From a virus: DNA of 64,000 nucleotides. The notes under the pieces are model-generated. The model was not told the origin of the DNA, did no database searches, and saw only the letters and a list, made by a program, of their open reading frames with translations. Position numbers and translations under genes: made by a program. The DNA is taken from IMG/VR virus record IMGVR_UViG_3300038463_000401. One strand, written 5' to 3'. Below, one piece after another: positions 1 through 9,712 of this stretch (position 1 is its first letter; every line of letters starts with the position of its first letter).

Positions 1-387
1 GCCTCCCCTGAGTAGATTGTTGGCGTGGGCTAAGCGTTCCCCTCCGCATGTGCATTTGCACACCCAAAAAGTTCTACCGTCGCGCCCCCTTTCCTCAGAT
101 CTACCCATGACGGTCAATCTCTCAAAAACTTGTCCAGTAAGGTCACCGTGAGTTGTTGTGTTTTGCTTCCCCCTGGCACCTGGGGAGAGCCGTCGATAAC
201 AACCACAAGAGATGCGGCGCCCGCTGGTCAGGTCCTTGCCAAGGGAGGGCACTTCATTGCCGCAGTCACATTTACAGATCCAGGGACGTCTGCCAGATAG
301 ACGGAACTCTTTTCTGGTCTCCACCCGTAAAGCCACCAACTTCCCAAATCGTCTGCCGGTTAGATCGTTTTTGTCGCTTCTTCGCAT
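1..387 (-). CDS. Partial ORF (runs off left edge) with two DLTG..F..L....W.C.C.CG Cys-rich repeats; likely N-terminus of an HNH-type homing endonuclease
   Basis: Not in the ORF track. Manual translation from ATG 387 (GAGGGG upstream): MRRSDKNDLTGRRFGKLVAL...WICKCDCGNE...SCGC...DLTGQVFERLTV...WVCKCTCGGE; open to base 1. No nuclease domain visible in window. Confidence 0.7.
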   Translation of the reverse strand, partial: MRRSDKNDLTGRRFGKLVALRVETRKEFRLSGRRPWICKCDCGNEVPSLGKDLTSGRRISCGCYRRLSPGARGKQNTTTHGDLTGQVFERLTVMGRSEERGRDGRTFWVCKCTCGGERLAHANNLLRGG

Positions 388-2207
388 TTGCCCCTCTTCT
401 TCTTTTTCTTATGCCCCTTCACCTGATCCCTCAACCTCCCCCACACCTCCATCGCGTTATCGCCCACAAACTCAGGGTCGATCAAAACGGACTGTTGGTG
501 CAGCTTCAGCGCGACGGTGTCATACATGGCCTCGTCGATGGTGTCTTTCGCCAGAAGGTAGTACACAATCATAGGAAAGCGTTGGGAGTTTCTACGTATC
601 CTGTGGATGGCTTGATATTGGTCTTCGGAGCTGTGACTCATAGAATAGAACACCATGTAGTGGGCAACGGTCAGTGTGACGCCGTGTGCGCAGGATTTGG
701 GATGTAGCAAGATAATGCGAATAGCGGGGTCTTTGATGAAGGCTTCGAGATTGGCTAGCTTACGCGCGGTGGGCGTATCCCCGTAGTAGGAAACGACACC
801 GTGATCCTTATACCGTTCTTCCAGCTCCCTAAACTCAAACCGATACTCACAATAAATAATTACCTTGCTCGCGCGGTCGATCTCTTCGTTCAGGAGTTGG
901 TCGAGCATTTCAATCTTGGGGTTGACGCCCTCGATCGGGTGTGCGGCCTCCTCGGCGTCGATCATGAACCCGCCAGTGATTTGGCGAAGCTTCTGGATCT
1001 GTGCTAGTGCGATCGTCACCGCGATATGCTCGTTGTCAATCTCGGTGTGCAGCGTCTCTTCCATCTCGGCGTAGTGGGCGGCTTGAGGACGGCTCATGTC
1101 GACCATGCGCTTGATGACAGTCAGCTCGGGGAGATCTGGCAGGGCGTCTTCTATGCGTATCCGGTAGGCGAGGGGGTTGATGATGTTACCGATAGCTTCG
1201 ATGCTCTCGGGCTTGATCACGTAGGAGGTGAGTGTGTTGGGGTCAGATGGATTGCCGAAGTACACCGTGTTGGTATGCTCGGCTTTGAAATCTCTCCAGC
1301 TCGCTTCGAGGAGGAAACCGTGCGGATCTAGGAAGTGAAGCTGGGGCCACAGATCGACCGGAGAGTTTGGCGCTGGCGTGCCGCTCATAATAGCCCGACG
1401 TGGTGCGTGCTCCGCGACGTGCATCAGCGCCTTAACGAACGACCCGCCCTTAGAGCGCTCGCTGCGATACGATTTCATGACGGTGCTCTCATCACAGATA
1501 ACGAACTGGAAGCGCTTCGCTGCAAGCTCCTTCTGCATCAGCCGCAACCCGTCATGGTTTATGAGGTAGAGGTCGGCAGGATCCTCAAGAGCTTTAAGGA
1601 TCTTTTCTCTCCGCTTGTGAGCGCTTGCACCCCACAGAACGTTCGCTTTCAAATTAGTGAGGTTCTGTATGTCGCCCATCCAGCCCTGGTACATGGTTGC
1701 CAGCTTTCCGCATACGAGCGTTTTACCCCTTGGTAATAGGCCCTTTTTGATAAGCTGCTCAACAGCCTGTGCCACCATCCACGTTTTTCCGACACCACAG
1801 CTAGCGAACAATGCCGCCCTCTGTACGTTCACCAAATACACCACGCCGCGATGCTGGTACGGCCCGATCGGGGCAGTCCTATAGTCGTATTGCGGAAGGT
1901 TGGGGCTCGTCTTCGCCAGCATCGCGGTTTCTATCATCTTGTTGAACTTGTTTAGTTCGACTTTGAGGCTCTCAATGCGGCCTTGGCCCTCTTGAACAGG
2001 GATGGGGCCAAACTGTTTATAGATGCGCTGAAGGTTTTGCTTGCTGAAAGCGAGATGCCAGGCACCAAGACGTTCGCTGTACTTGGCATGTTCTCCGATA
2101 TGAACCCACGGGGCTTCGTCGGTGGGCGCGCCCACATCACGAAGTATGATTTGATTTTTCCACACCGAAAGGGAAGGCACTATGTGTTCTCCTGGGATGA
2201 TTCGCAC
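360..2207 (-). CDS. SNF2-family (SF2) helicase/ATPase
   Basis: Motif I ASCGVGKT, motif II ICDEST, motif III MSGTP, C-terminal HGVTLT and QAIHRIRRNSQ. True start may be GTG near 2181. Confidence 0.85.
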   Translation of the reverse strand: MRIIPGEHIVPSLSVWKNQIILRDVGAPTDEAPWVHIGEHAKYSERLGAWHLAFSKQNLQRIYKQFGPIPVQEGQGRIESLKVELNKFNKMIETAMLAKTSPNLPQYDYRTAPIGPYQHRGVVYLVNVQRAALFASCGVGKTWMVAQAVEQLIKKGLLPRGKTLVCGKLATMYQGWMGDIQNLTNLKANVLWGASAHKRREKILKALEDPADLYLINHDGLRLMQKELAAKRFQFVICDESTVMKSYRSERSKGGSFVKALMHVAEHAPRRAIMSGTPAPNSPVDLWPQLHFLDPHGFLLEASWRDFKAEHTNTVYFGNPSDPNTLTSYVIKPESIEAIGNIINPLAYRIRIEDALPDLPELTVIKRMVDMSRPQAAHYAEMEETLHTEIDNEHIAVTIALAQIQKLRQITGGFMIDAEEAAHPIEGVNPKIEMLDQLLNEEIDRASKVIIYCEYRFEFRELEERYKDHGVVSYYGDTPTARKLANLEAFIKDPAIRIILLHPKSCAHGVTLTVAHYMVFYSMSHSSEDQYQAIHRIRRNSQRFPMIVYYLLAKDTIDEAMYDTVALKLHQQSVLIDPEFVGDNAMEVWGRLRDQVKGHKKKKKRGKCEEATKTI

Positions 2208-2730
2208 ACGTCGTCACCGTGCACTGCCGACAGATATCCAACCCTCCCTGATCTCGGACTTGGGGATGGTCACTAAACGTGATGCATTTGTTGCAGAGTG
2301 TTTCTAGTCGGTCGCTATAGGGATCTCTGATTGTTTTGACGCAAGAAACCAAGGTACCACAGCTGGAACACTGTTCTCTACCCTTGCTCGAAATTCTCAG
2401 TCTCGACGGGTCTGTAACAACTCCATCCACGACCAAACCCTGCAAAAACCATACATTCTCGCCGTCGGTGATGTGCTCCACTACTTCATCATGAGCGACA
2501 AGTGCGTAGACTTTATCGCTATTACCTCGGAAGGTTTTCATCCCCAATAAGTCTGCTGCGTCCGCCGCCCCCTCCCGTGAGGTCGCAATCCACTTCCTCG
2601 TCGCCGCGACGATGTAGTTGAGCCAGTCATCGGGGATGGTCTCAGAGGGTATCCCCGCCTCGAGGAGTTGACGCCGCACTCCGGCCCTCATCTCCGGGCT
2701 GGGAAAGAACGAGTTTGGTTTCTGGGTCAC
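2137..2730 (-). CDS. Hypothetical protein with Cys-rich C-terminus
   Basis: CSSC, C-NKC, CRQC..C..H motifs; tiles with neighbouring minus-strand genes. Confidence 0.65.
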   Translation of the reverse strand: MTQKPNSFFPSPEMRAGVRRQLLEAGIPSETIPDDWLNYIVAATRKWIATSREGAADAADLLGMKTFRGNSDKVYALVAHDEVVEHITDGENVWFLQGLVVDGVVTDPSRLRISSKGREQCSSCGTLVSCVKTIRDPYSDRLETLCNKCITFSDHPQVRDQGGLDICRQCTVTTCANHPRRTHSAFPFGVEKSNHTS

Positions 2731-3166
2731 TGAGAGATCCTCCGTAGGTGCAGTACATTTCTAGCGACTTAGCGAGGTTGCCGATGGCGCGGCCGCGGCC
2801 GATGAGTTCTTTGATGTGGTCGCCGTCGAGCTTGCTATGCACGGCCTCTTGCAGCATGAGCTGTGCATCGACGAGTGCCGCGATCCTGTCTTTGCCCGTC
2901 AGCTCGCGGACGAACGTCCTATACGCCTTGCGAATGGCTTCGAAGCGCGTGCGTTCTGCGTCGGTTATGGGTTTCTTCTGCCGCTCGCGGTCTTCCATGG
3001 ACTGGACGTAGTCGGCCATCTGCATCGCGAGGTAGTAGGGCAACTCGAAGAATTCGTTTGTGGGGACGCTCAGCCGAACGCCGCAGCTTGGGCAGTTCTC
3101 TAAGCCTGGCGAGGGTAGCTCGTATGAGCAGCTTGGGCAAAAGGCGGCAGCTTTCACGATTGTCAT
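2642..3166 (-). CDS. Hypothetical protein with N-terminal zinc ribbon
   Basis: CPSC-x9-CPSC; GGAGG Shine-Dalgarno upstream of ATG 3166. Confidence 0.7.
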   Translation of the reverse strand: MTIVKAAAFCPSCSYELPSPGLENCPSCGVRLSVPTNEFFELPYYLAMQMADYVQSMEDRERQKKPITDAERTRFEAIRKAYRTFVRELTGKDRIAALVDAQLMLQEAVHSKLDGDHIKELIGRGRAIGNLAKSLEMYCTYGGSLSDPETKLVLSQPGDEGRSAASTPRGGDTL

Positions 3167-3193
3167 TAGTTTCCTCCGAGGTTATTATTCGTC

Positions 3194-3208
3194 CAGGTGA
3201 CTTATACC
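3194..3208 (+). promoter_or_regulatory. Candidate phage-specific promoter CAGG-TGA-CTTATACC
   Basis: In the divergent intergenic region before the tail operon; same motif at 41466 and 53399. Confidence 0.6.
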
Positions 3209-3229
3209 TAATTGGGGAACACAAAAGTT

Positions 3230-3922
3230 ATGAAGATGCCACGGCCTGCTCATCGCGGTTCTATGGGTATTCCTGAAGAAATGCACCCGGACAAGATCTT
3301 CGCGAAGCCGCCGGAGCCGGAAGATCGCCCTGAGTTGCCGCCGGACGATCTCAGCGATCTTGAGGAGCCTGGCGCCCCTGAAGAGCCCGAGGAAGACCAG
3401 GCTGCCAAGGCCGCCGCCGAGGCCGCGCTAGCGTCTGACCCGCGCGAAGTCCTTAAGCGGCTTGGCATTGAGCTCACCGACGAAGACGTGAATCGTCTGC
3501 TCTTCAAGGGCTACATCGAGAAGCCCATCAAGCTCTGCTACGATCCGCTGACGAAGAAGCCCTACGTCGCGACGTTTAAGACTCTAACTGCCCAAGAGTA
3601 TGACGAAGTCGATGAGCTTTTGTCCGAAGAGATGGACAACCTCAAGATGACCGTCAACGGCCGCGACGCGCGTCGCTCCACGTGGGTTCTCGCCTTTGCG
3701 ATGACCCACATCAATGGCATGATTCTTCAGAAGCCAGAGATGAAAAAGGTTGGCAAAGTCGAGATGATAGACACTAAGGCCACTGCGGAGAAAAGAATCA
3801 AAACCATCCGCGCGCTGGCTCCGATGATTTTGGACAAGGCTTCGCGGGTTTACGCTGCGTTCACCGCGACCATCTCGCTGATCCTTGAGGACCCCGAGCA
3901 CAACCTCATAAAAAAGCCCTAG
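3230..3922 (+). CDS. Tail assembly chaperone (G-like)
   Basis: Two genes upstream of the tape measure; ends in a slippery heptamer. ATG 3230 with GGGGA upstream preferred over TTG 3212. Confidence 0.75.
   Translation: MKMPRPAHRGSMGIPEEMHPDKIFAKPPEPEDRPELPPDDLSDLEEPGAPEEPEEDQAAKAAAEAALASDPREVLKRLGIELTDEDVNRLLFKGYIEKPIKLCYDPLTKKPYVATFKTLTAQEYDEVDELLSEEMDNLKMTVNGRDARRSTWVLAFAMTHINGMILQKPEMKKVGKVEMIDTKATAEKRIKTIRALAPMILDKASRVYAAFTATISLILEDPEHNLIKKP
3910..3916 (+). other. Programmed -1 ribosomal frameshift site A AAA AAG
   Basis: Frame 0 reads ATA AAA AAG CCC TAG; the -1 frame reads AAA AAA GCC CTA GCC TCT CCC AAA GGA GTG, open and in frame with ORF 3937. Confidence 0.8.
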
Positions 3923-3936
3923 CCTCTCCCAAAGGA

Positions 3937-4299
3937 GTGCTACGCGGCGAGCTGCTCCTGCGCGGGCTTAGCTTCCCGCCGGACTCCACGGAAGAGGTCC
4001 TAGCCGGGATAGCCCTGGAACGCCGACGGGATGCGCAGTACCTGGCGACAGTGGCAATTATCAATGCTATCATGCACGTAGGACAGGTGGTGGCGGGTGG
4101 CACGGGCGGCGATGCTATCAAGAAATCCCTTGACGAGCTCGTGAAGGTTCTTTTCCCCGGAGAAGCGGATAAACTAGCGAAACGCGCCGACGAGGTTAAA
4201 GCGCTGGTGCAGCGCGAAGTGGCTAAAGGGCCGCTTAAGATCATGCCTGTCGATGACGGTGGCAAGAAGGCCGCGAAGAGACGGAGAAGTAAACGGTAA
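3937..4299 (+). CDS. Tail assembly chaperone T-like segment (probably made as a frameshift fusion)
   Basis: In the -1 frame of the upstream slippery site; GGAG abuts/overlaps the GTG so there is no usable RBS spacing; directly precedes the tape measure. Confidence 0.7.
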   Translation: MLRGELLLRGLSFPPDSTEEVLAGIALERRRDAQYLATVAIINAIMHVGQVVAGGTGGDAIKKSLDELVKVLFPGEADKLAKRADEVKALVQREVAKGPLKIMPVDDGGKKAAKRRRSKR

Positions 4300-7200
4300 T
4301 GGCAAACGATCCAAACGACTATGCAGACGATGGATCGGGAATGCCGGCCGACCCTACTGCAGGCCTGGACAGGACCATACGCATTGCCTCGCCGCGTATG
4401 CCGCAAATGTATCCGCCGCCCGCGCCGATTCAATACACCGCGGGCACGGCGGGCATACCGAGCTACGTCTACCAGACCGGCCCGGTCATGGGTGGCTATG
4501 ATGATTCGCAAGCCTACATGACTCAGTCGCGCGCGTCTTATGGGGACCTCCCAATGATGGGGATGCGCGGGGCTTACACGGCGGGAGCTGGGGCCGCGCA
4601 GGGAATGGGGAACATGTTCTCGGCAATCGGCGCTCAGATAGCGCCGATTAGTTATACGCCGCCCGCCCGGGTGTTTACGGATTACTCGGGGAGATACGTT
4701 CAGAATACGGGCGTGCTTTCTGATCTGCGCAACATGTCGGGTCTTGGCACGCACATGCGGGCAGCCCACGCAGGGGACATTCGCTATAATGCTGCTTCTG
4801 ACCTCGGTGAGCGTATGGCGCTGGCGGCCGCGGGTCTAGGCATGGGTATGGCCAGTCTAGGAGTGACGACAGCCGGCTCGATGGCTGGCGGCGCCATGTT
4901 TGGAACTCTGGGCAGTCTGGCTGGCGGTATAGGCGCCCCTATTGCGGCAGCAGCCTTGGTGGGTGACCGAGTCCAGCAAGGCGTAGCGCAGCGTCGCGAC
5001 ATTATGAACTATCTCGAGACGACTAGTGACCGATATGTCGTCGCGGGCAGCCCTCTTGCTGACCCTCGTCATGGAGCTGGCTTTAGTTCTGCCGCGCGGA
5101 AAGAGGTTACTGAGTACATCCGGGGCCTGGACATCAAAGACCCCATGCTCAATACCGACGAGCTAACACGCATCCTGAAAGAGAGCACTCAGCAGGGCCT
5201 TTTTACCGGCACGTCGACCATGAACGACTTCAAAAAGCGGTTCAAGGACGTTGTCGACAACGTTAAGGTAGTGGCCACTACCTTACACCAGACGCTCGAA
5301 GAAGGTATTAAAACCATTCACGATTTACGTGCAGTTGGCGTTGACCCGTCGCGAGTCGCGGGTGTCGTCGGGCGCGCCGAGGCGTATGGACTGGCGGCGG
5401 GCAAGAGCGCTGGCGAAATGCTCAACCTTGGTCTACAAGGCGCGGAGATGTTCCGCGGCACTGGTGTCGGCATGACGATAGGCATGGAATCCAACATGAT
5501 GAACGCCGTCGCGATTAGGGCGGCACGCGATGCAAAGATGCTGTCCGATGAAGCCGTAGCGCAGGCCGGCGGTGAGGAATCTTTAGCGCAGCGGATGACC
5601 GCGTCGAGCCTCGGTTTTGTGCAGACTGCACAGGGCCGCGGGTTCATGGGCATGATGTTCAATAAGGGATTGCCGGGTACCGGCTTCGATGCTGGAGCCT
5701 TCAATAAGATGGTGGCTGCCGGCGGAGGTGATCTTTACGCTGGCGCGGCGCGCGCGGCGCAGAATCTATCCTCACCCGCGGCTACCGTTAAGTTTGAGGC
5801 CAACCAGGCTGGGTTCGCTACGGAGCTTGGTAAGCGTTTCGGCGGGCAGGGTCTGCAGGTTGCCCAGATGGCCGAAATCACCATGGAGGCGACCGCCCTT
5901 TCTAAAATGAGCGGCGCGTCCATGGAAGACTCCTGGGTTGACGTTGCCCTCAAGCGTGGATTAGACGACACCACCGCGCGGGCGATGCTAGCGAAGATCA
6001 GGTCTGGTGATGCTGCGTTCACGGCTGCGCAGGCCGGTGTCGAGTCCTCTCGCCAGAAGATGCAAGAAGACCAGATCTCGCAGAACCAGTTCACAACCAG
6101 GGTAGGCGCGCGTATTGGCGCTGCGGTAAAGACCGCCACTGACACGGTGTCTCGCCCGATTGCAAACGCGGTGGAGTCTGCCAAGCAAGGAGCGGCCAAC
6201 GCAGGAGACTGGATAAATAATGGCACTCAGCGCGTAAGCCTAAACGGCACCGATTACGATCTCTTTGCCGGCGAAACTGTAGGTAAGAGTGATGAGCAGC
6301 GAATAGTCGATATAGACTTTGGTGGCATCTTAAATGACAACGCAGGCCAGTCACTTGCCAAGCTTGTTGTTGCGGGGAAGACAGACTTCCTAAATCTTCG
6401 GGGTAGGGCGGGCGGCAACGTTACCCTGACGAAAGGTACTGGACTCTTTCAAGGGGCTCTAGCCGGTACCGGTATAGAGAGCGCGGCGGTTAATGTCACT
6501 CTCGAAGACTTGCGTGCCGCTGGTAAGGAAGCGAACAAGTGGGCGGAGTCCTCAAGCGATGCCGCGGCGGCAGTCAGCAAGGCAGGCCTTGCAAAGGCCA
6601 TGGACTTTAAGCTAGCCCACCTCGAAAATACGAGCGCCAAAACCATAGACGCGTTGGCTCGTCAAGTATATGGCAAGGACGCGGACAAGTTGTCGATCGA
6701 TGAGGCGCGGGCCTTACGTACCGCATATGCCAATGTTGACGAATACTCCGGTATATTTAAGGACGTGGAGGCGGGGGCTTCGGGAGTAAAGTCCGCGCTA
6801 AACGCGGTGAGCGTTTCAAAGGAAGTGGGCAACCTTGAGGCCGCTAATGCAGCGGCGAACCAGTTTTCTGAGTCCATCATGCCGCATGGCTTATTTGGCG
6901 GGCACGCGGCCATTCCAATGCCGGTGCTTGCTCGGCTGGCTAAGGTACGCTCAATCGCTGCTGCTGGCGGGGACACTAAGGCAGCAGTGCGCGCGTATGA
7001 GATGAGCATTGACGCTCTTACCGGGGAGCAGCGCGCGGCAATAGCCCCCCACACTCAAGAGATGCTGCAAGCTGCGACCGGTGCCGGCGGCTCGTCTCTT
7101 GACGTTATCGGAAGAAACTACGCTGAGCTTTCCGATGAGCAAGTGCGGCGGGGATCGGAGATCCTAGGCACAGCGCTGCAGAATGATCTTTTCTCTAAGG

Positions 7201-7700
7201 CCGGTCTGGAAAAGGTCGGCGAGGGTGATCGCAATAAGATTCTTGAGATATCCAAGACCTTGGCAGCCGGTGGCGCCCAGGCGGTTCTCGGCTTGAGCGG
7301 CAGCGACCTAGGCCTTCTGAATAAGACCAGCCTTGGTACGATCTTCGAGCAGGAGCACAAAGCCCTGTCAGGGATAAGCGCCCTGGGCAGAGACGCGTCG
7401 GCTGCGCAGATAAGCGAAGTGGTCGGAACCACCGCTGGGCCGGCAGTAGCGCAGAGGGTAACTGACGCGCTGGCCATGGCCAAACCTGGCACAAACCTAC
7501 CTGGCTTGGCAGAGAGCGTCGTCCATGCCACGGAGATGCAGCAACTTGCCGGAAATACTAACGTAGCTACTGCGGGCACTGGGGGCACTGTAGGTGCGGC
7601 GGCTGGATCTGGTGATCAGGCGGCAGCTACGCAGACCGCTATAAACCTCGAAGTTCTCAATGCCATGAGGGCCTTTGCTAAGCAGATAGGTTCGCAATAA
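4299..7700 (+). CDS. Tape measure protein
   Basis: 1133 aa, Ala/Gly-rich and predicted helical, immediately after the chaperone pair and before tail-tip genes. Confidence 0.8.
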   Translation: MANDPNDYADDGSGMPADPTAGLDRTIRIASPRMPQMYPPPAPIQYTAGTAGIPSYVYQTGPVMGGYDDSQAYMTQSRASYGDLPMMGMRGAYTAGAGAAQGMGNMFSAIGAQIAPISYTPPARVFTDYSGRYVQNTGVLSDLRNMSGLGTHMRAAHAGDIRYNAASDLGERMALAAAGLGMGMASLGVTTAGSMAGGAMFGTLGSLAGGIGAPIAAAALVGDRVQQGVAQRRDIMNYLETTSDRYVVAGSPLADPRHGAGFSSAARKEVTEYIRGLDIKDPMLNTDELTRILKESTQQGLFTGTSTMNDFKKRFKDVVDNVKVVATTLHQTLEEGIKTIHDLRAVGVDPSRVAGVVGRAEAYGLAAGKSAGEMLNLGLQGAEMFRGTGVGMTIGMESNMMNAVAIRAARDAKMLSDEAVAQAGGEESLAQRMTASSLGFVQTAQGRGFMGMMFNKGLPGTGFDAGAFNKMVAAGGGDLYAGAARAAQNLSSPAATVKFEANQAGFATELGKRFGGQGLQVAQMAEITMEATALSKMSGASMEDSWVDVALKRGLDDTTARAMLAKIRSGDAAFTAAQAGVESSRQKMQEDQISQNQFTTRVGARIGAAVKTATDTVSRPIANAVESAKQGAANAGDWINNGTQRVSLNGTDYDLFAGETVGKSDEQRIVDIDFGGILNDNAGQSLAKLVVAGKTDFLNLRGRAGGNVTLTKGTGLFQGALAGTGIESAAVNVTLEDLRAAGKEANKWAESSSDAAAAVSKAGLAKAMDFKLAHLENTSAKTIDALARQVYGKDADKLSIDEARALRTAYANVDEYSGIFKDVEAGASGVKSALNAVSVSKEVGNLEAANAAANQFSESIMPHGLFGGHAAIPMPVLARLAKVRSIAAAGGDTKAAVRAYEMSIDALTGEQRAAIAPHTQEMLQAATGAGGSSLDVIGRNYAELSDEQVRRGSEILGTALQNDLFSKAGLEKVGEGDRNKILEISKTLAAGGAQAVLGLSGSDLGLLNKTSLGTIFEQEHKALSGISALGRDASAAQISEVVGTTAGPAVAQRVTDALAMAKPGTNLPGLAESVVHATEMQQLAGNTNVATAGTGGTVGAAAGSGDQAAATQTAINLEVLNAMRAFAKQIGSQ

Positions 7701-8476
7701 TGGCTGACTCCCTTGCCCTGGGCGCGTCTGCTTCTGGTGAAGGCTATGAACGCCTTCGCCGCGCGCTCGAGTCGGTAGAAGCGTCTAACGACCCGGGCGC
7801 CGTGCAGCGGGTCACCAATGCCGTTGGGCTTTATCAGTTCATCCCTCGCTACTGGGAGGGATTCGCCCAAGAACAGACAGGCCGGTCGCTCAAGAGCTTC
7901 TTGCCAAAAGACAATTCCCCGCAAGAGCTTGCGCGCGCGGCCAAAGACCAGCGCGATATCCTTTTCCCCAAATACTATGAAAAGGAAATGGCGCCGTGGA
8001 TCGCCAAGATGCGCAAGGACGGCCTCGGCAGCGGCCGTAGTGACATCGACCTTGCGATCATGTTCCATAAGCTCGGGGATGCGGCCGCGAAGGACTTCCT
8101 TAAGAGTGGTCGTGACGCGTCAAAGGGAACTGCGGATAACACCCCAATCGAACAGTATATTCATGCGGTGGCGTCTAAGGCACGCAGCAAGAGCTTGGCC
8201 AGTGACGCAACAGCCAAGGCAAGCCGGTGGCACCAAACTCAAGATACCTTCGTCGAAAGACCAGTGCACCATAAGAGCGGTCAGCAGGTGGCGCACCACA
8301 GGACTATGCCTGCCGCCGGCGCGACGCCAGTAGCTCAGAAGGATATTCAGACGCACGACAATGCCTGGGTGCTCAGCGAGCTCAAGAAGCTGACCGTAAC
8401 CTTCAGAGAGGGTACATTCAAAGAAGGTGCCCTTGAGATGATCCTGCAAGAGGGCCACGGAAGAGGTGTTTCGTGA
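7700..8476 (+). CDS. Tail-associated lytic transglycosylase (SLT/lysozyme-like)
   Basis: ESVEASNDPGA (catalytic Glu) followed by AVGLYQFIPRYW; position after the tape measure. Confidence 0.75.
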   Translation: MADSLALGASASGEGYERLRRALESVEASNDPGAVQRVTNAVGLYQFIPRYWEGFAQEQTGRSLKSFLPKDNSPQELARAAKDQRDILFPKYYEKEMAPWIAKMRKDGLGSGRSDIDLAIMFHKLGDAAAKDFLKSGRDASKGTADNTPIEQYIHAVASKARSKSLASDATAKASRWHQTQDTFVERPVHHKSGQQVAHHRTMPAAGATPVAQKDIQTHDNAWVLSELKKLTVTFREGTFKEGALEMILQEGHGRGVS

Positions 8477-8712
8477 GTGCAATTACAAACGTGAATAGCT
8501 ACATTTTCTCAACCGACCTGGGGCCGGTGGTCGCGCAAGTTACTACGCTGGTCAACTTCGACGTGGACGACATCATCCATAACCGCGCGATGTCGCAAGC
8601 GCTCGCAGTTTCATTCTTGAATATCGGCAAGACTGTCAGCCCTAACGACCCGAAGGCGGCGCGCACGATTACTTCGGCGTTCTCTTCTAGCACCGAGGAG
8701 CTTCTCAGCTAA
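8473..8712 (+). CDS. Small hypothetical tail-region protein
   Basis: GAGGT RBS; overlaps both neighbours in typical coupling. Confidence 0.6.
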   Translation: MSAITNVNSYIFSTDLGPVVAQVTTLVNFDVDDIIHNRAMSQALAVSFLNIGKTVSPNDPKAARTITSAFSSSTEELLS

Positions 8713-9701
8713 TGCCTGGGCCAACATCACTTCTACCGACAGACTCTACGGCCCCATCCTCGTTGGGGGGCGTGCCGCTTACCAATGCGCCGGGGCCTAC
8801 CTCGTCGACTAATTACTCGGTATTGCCGGGCGGCACCGACTCCGGCAGCTTACTGAACCAGCCCATCACGCCGACCGCGCAAATGACTGCGGCCGACAAT
8901 GCAACCACGACAGCGGTAAACACCACTGTGTTCCCCGCAGCCGGCTACACACCGCCGCCCAGCCTGATCGCTCCGGACACGTTCCTTGCGGATTGGTACA
9001 GAGAGGGGAATACTGCAGAAAGCACCACTGCCGGCACGTCTACGCTGCCGCGCATGGTCGACGACTTTGAAGACGAGATCGCGCAGATCTACATCTACGG
9101 GCCGAGCACTAAGAACGGCAATACCTCGGTGGACCGGCAGATCGTCCCGCCGTTCTCCAAGTTCATCCTTGAGTCGATTCAAGAGTCACACGCGGAGCGC
9201 TCCCAGATCGTTGAGACCTTCGGAGACTTCTACGTCTTTCTCTTTGGCGAGCGGCCGCCGATCTACAACTTCTCGGGCACGCTGATCAACACGGCAAGCG
9301 TCAACTGGGTGGCAGACTTCAAGTACTACTATGACAACTACTTGCGCGGCACGAAGTGCGTTGAGAGCGGCGCGCGGCTGGTCATTACATATGGTGGCCG
9401 GCAGGTCGAGGGGTTCATGCTCGGGATGAGCACGGCCACTGAGGCGTCACTGGAGAGGGGCGTTAAGATGTCCTTCCAGTTAGTGGTTACGCGAAAGAGC
9501 TTCATCGCCTTTTCCGCGGACTTTGGCTTTGTGGTTACTGGCGGGGAAACTATTGGGAACGCCAAGATGATCGAACTGCTTAATGACATCGCAGGGGCAG
9601 AGGGGATAGGGACTTCCAGCCCGGATCAAAGTGCCGCTGGCGGCGCGGTTACTCAGGCAGTACAACAAGGGCTGGCGTCCACCACGTCTCTTGTCGCTTG
9701 A
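8712..9701 (+). CDS. Putative tail tube initiator / baseplate-associated protein
   Basis: Tube-like beta pattern FILESIQESHAERSQIVETFG...YNFSGTL...MSFQLVV; synteny. Confidence 0.5.
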   Translation: MPGPTSLLPTDSTAPSSLGGVPLTNAPGPTSSTNYSVLPGGTDSGSLLNQPITPTAQMTAADNATTTAVNTTVFPAAGYTPPPSLIAPDTFLADWYREGNTAESTTAGTSTLPRMVDDFEDEIAQIYIYGPSTKNGNTSVDRQIVPPFSKFILESIQESHAERSQIVETFGDFYVFLFGERPPIYNFSGTLINTASVNWVADFKYYYDNYLRGTKCVESGARLVITYGGRQVEGFMLGMSTATEASLERGVKMSFQLVVTRKSFIAFSADFGFVVTGGETIGNAKMIELLNDIAGAEGIGTSSPDQSAAGGAVTQAVQQGLASTTSLVA

Positions 9702-9712
9702 TTGGATGAAAC

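Noticed and set aside
153-707. Plus-strand ORFs 153-707 and 212-574
   Set aside because: Antisense shadows of the helicase and the left-edge Cys-repeat ORF; no recognisable motifs.
3906-4769. 287-aa minus-strand ORF and other long antisense ORFs (19072-19662, 41638-42378, 44385-45086, 51982-52599, 57943-58541)
   Set aside because: They fully overlap well-supported plus-strand genes; long antisense frames are expected in GC-rich coding DNA.
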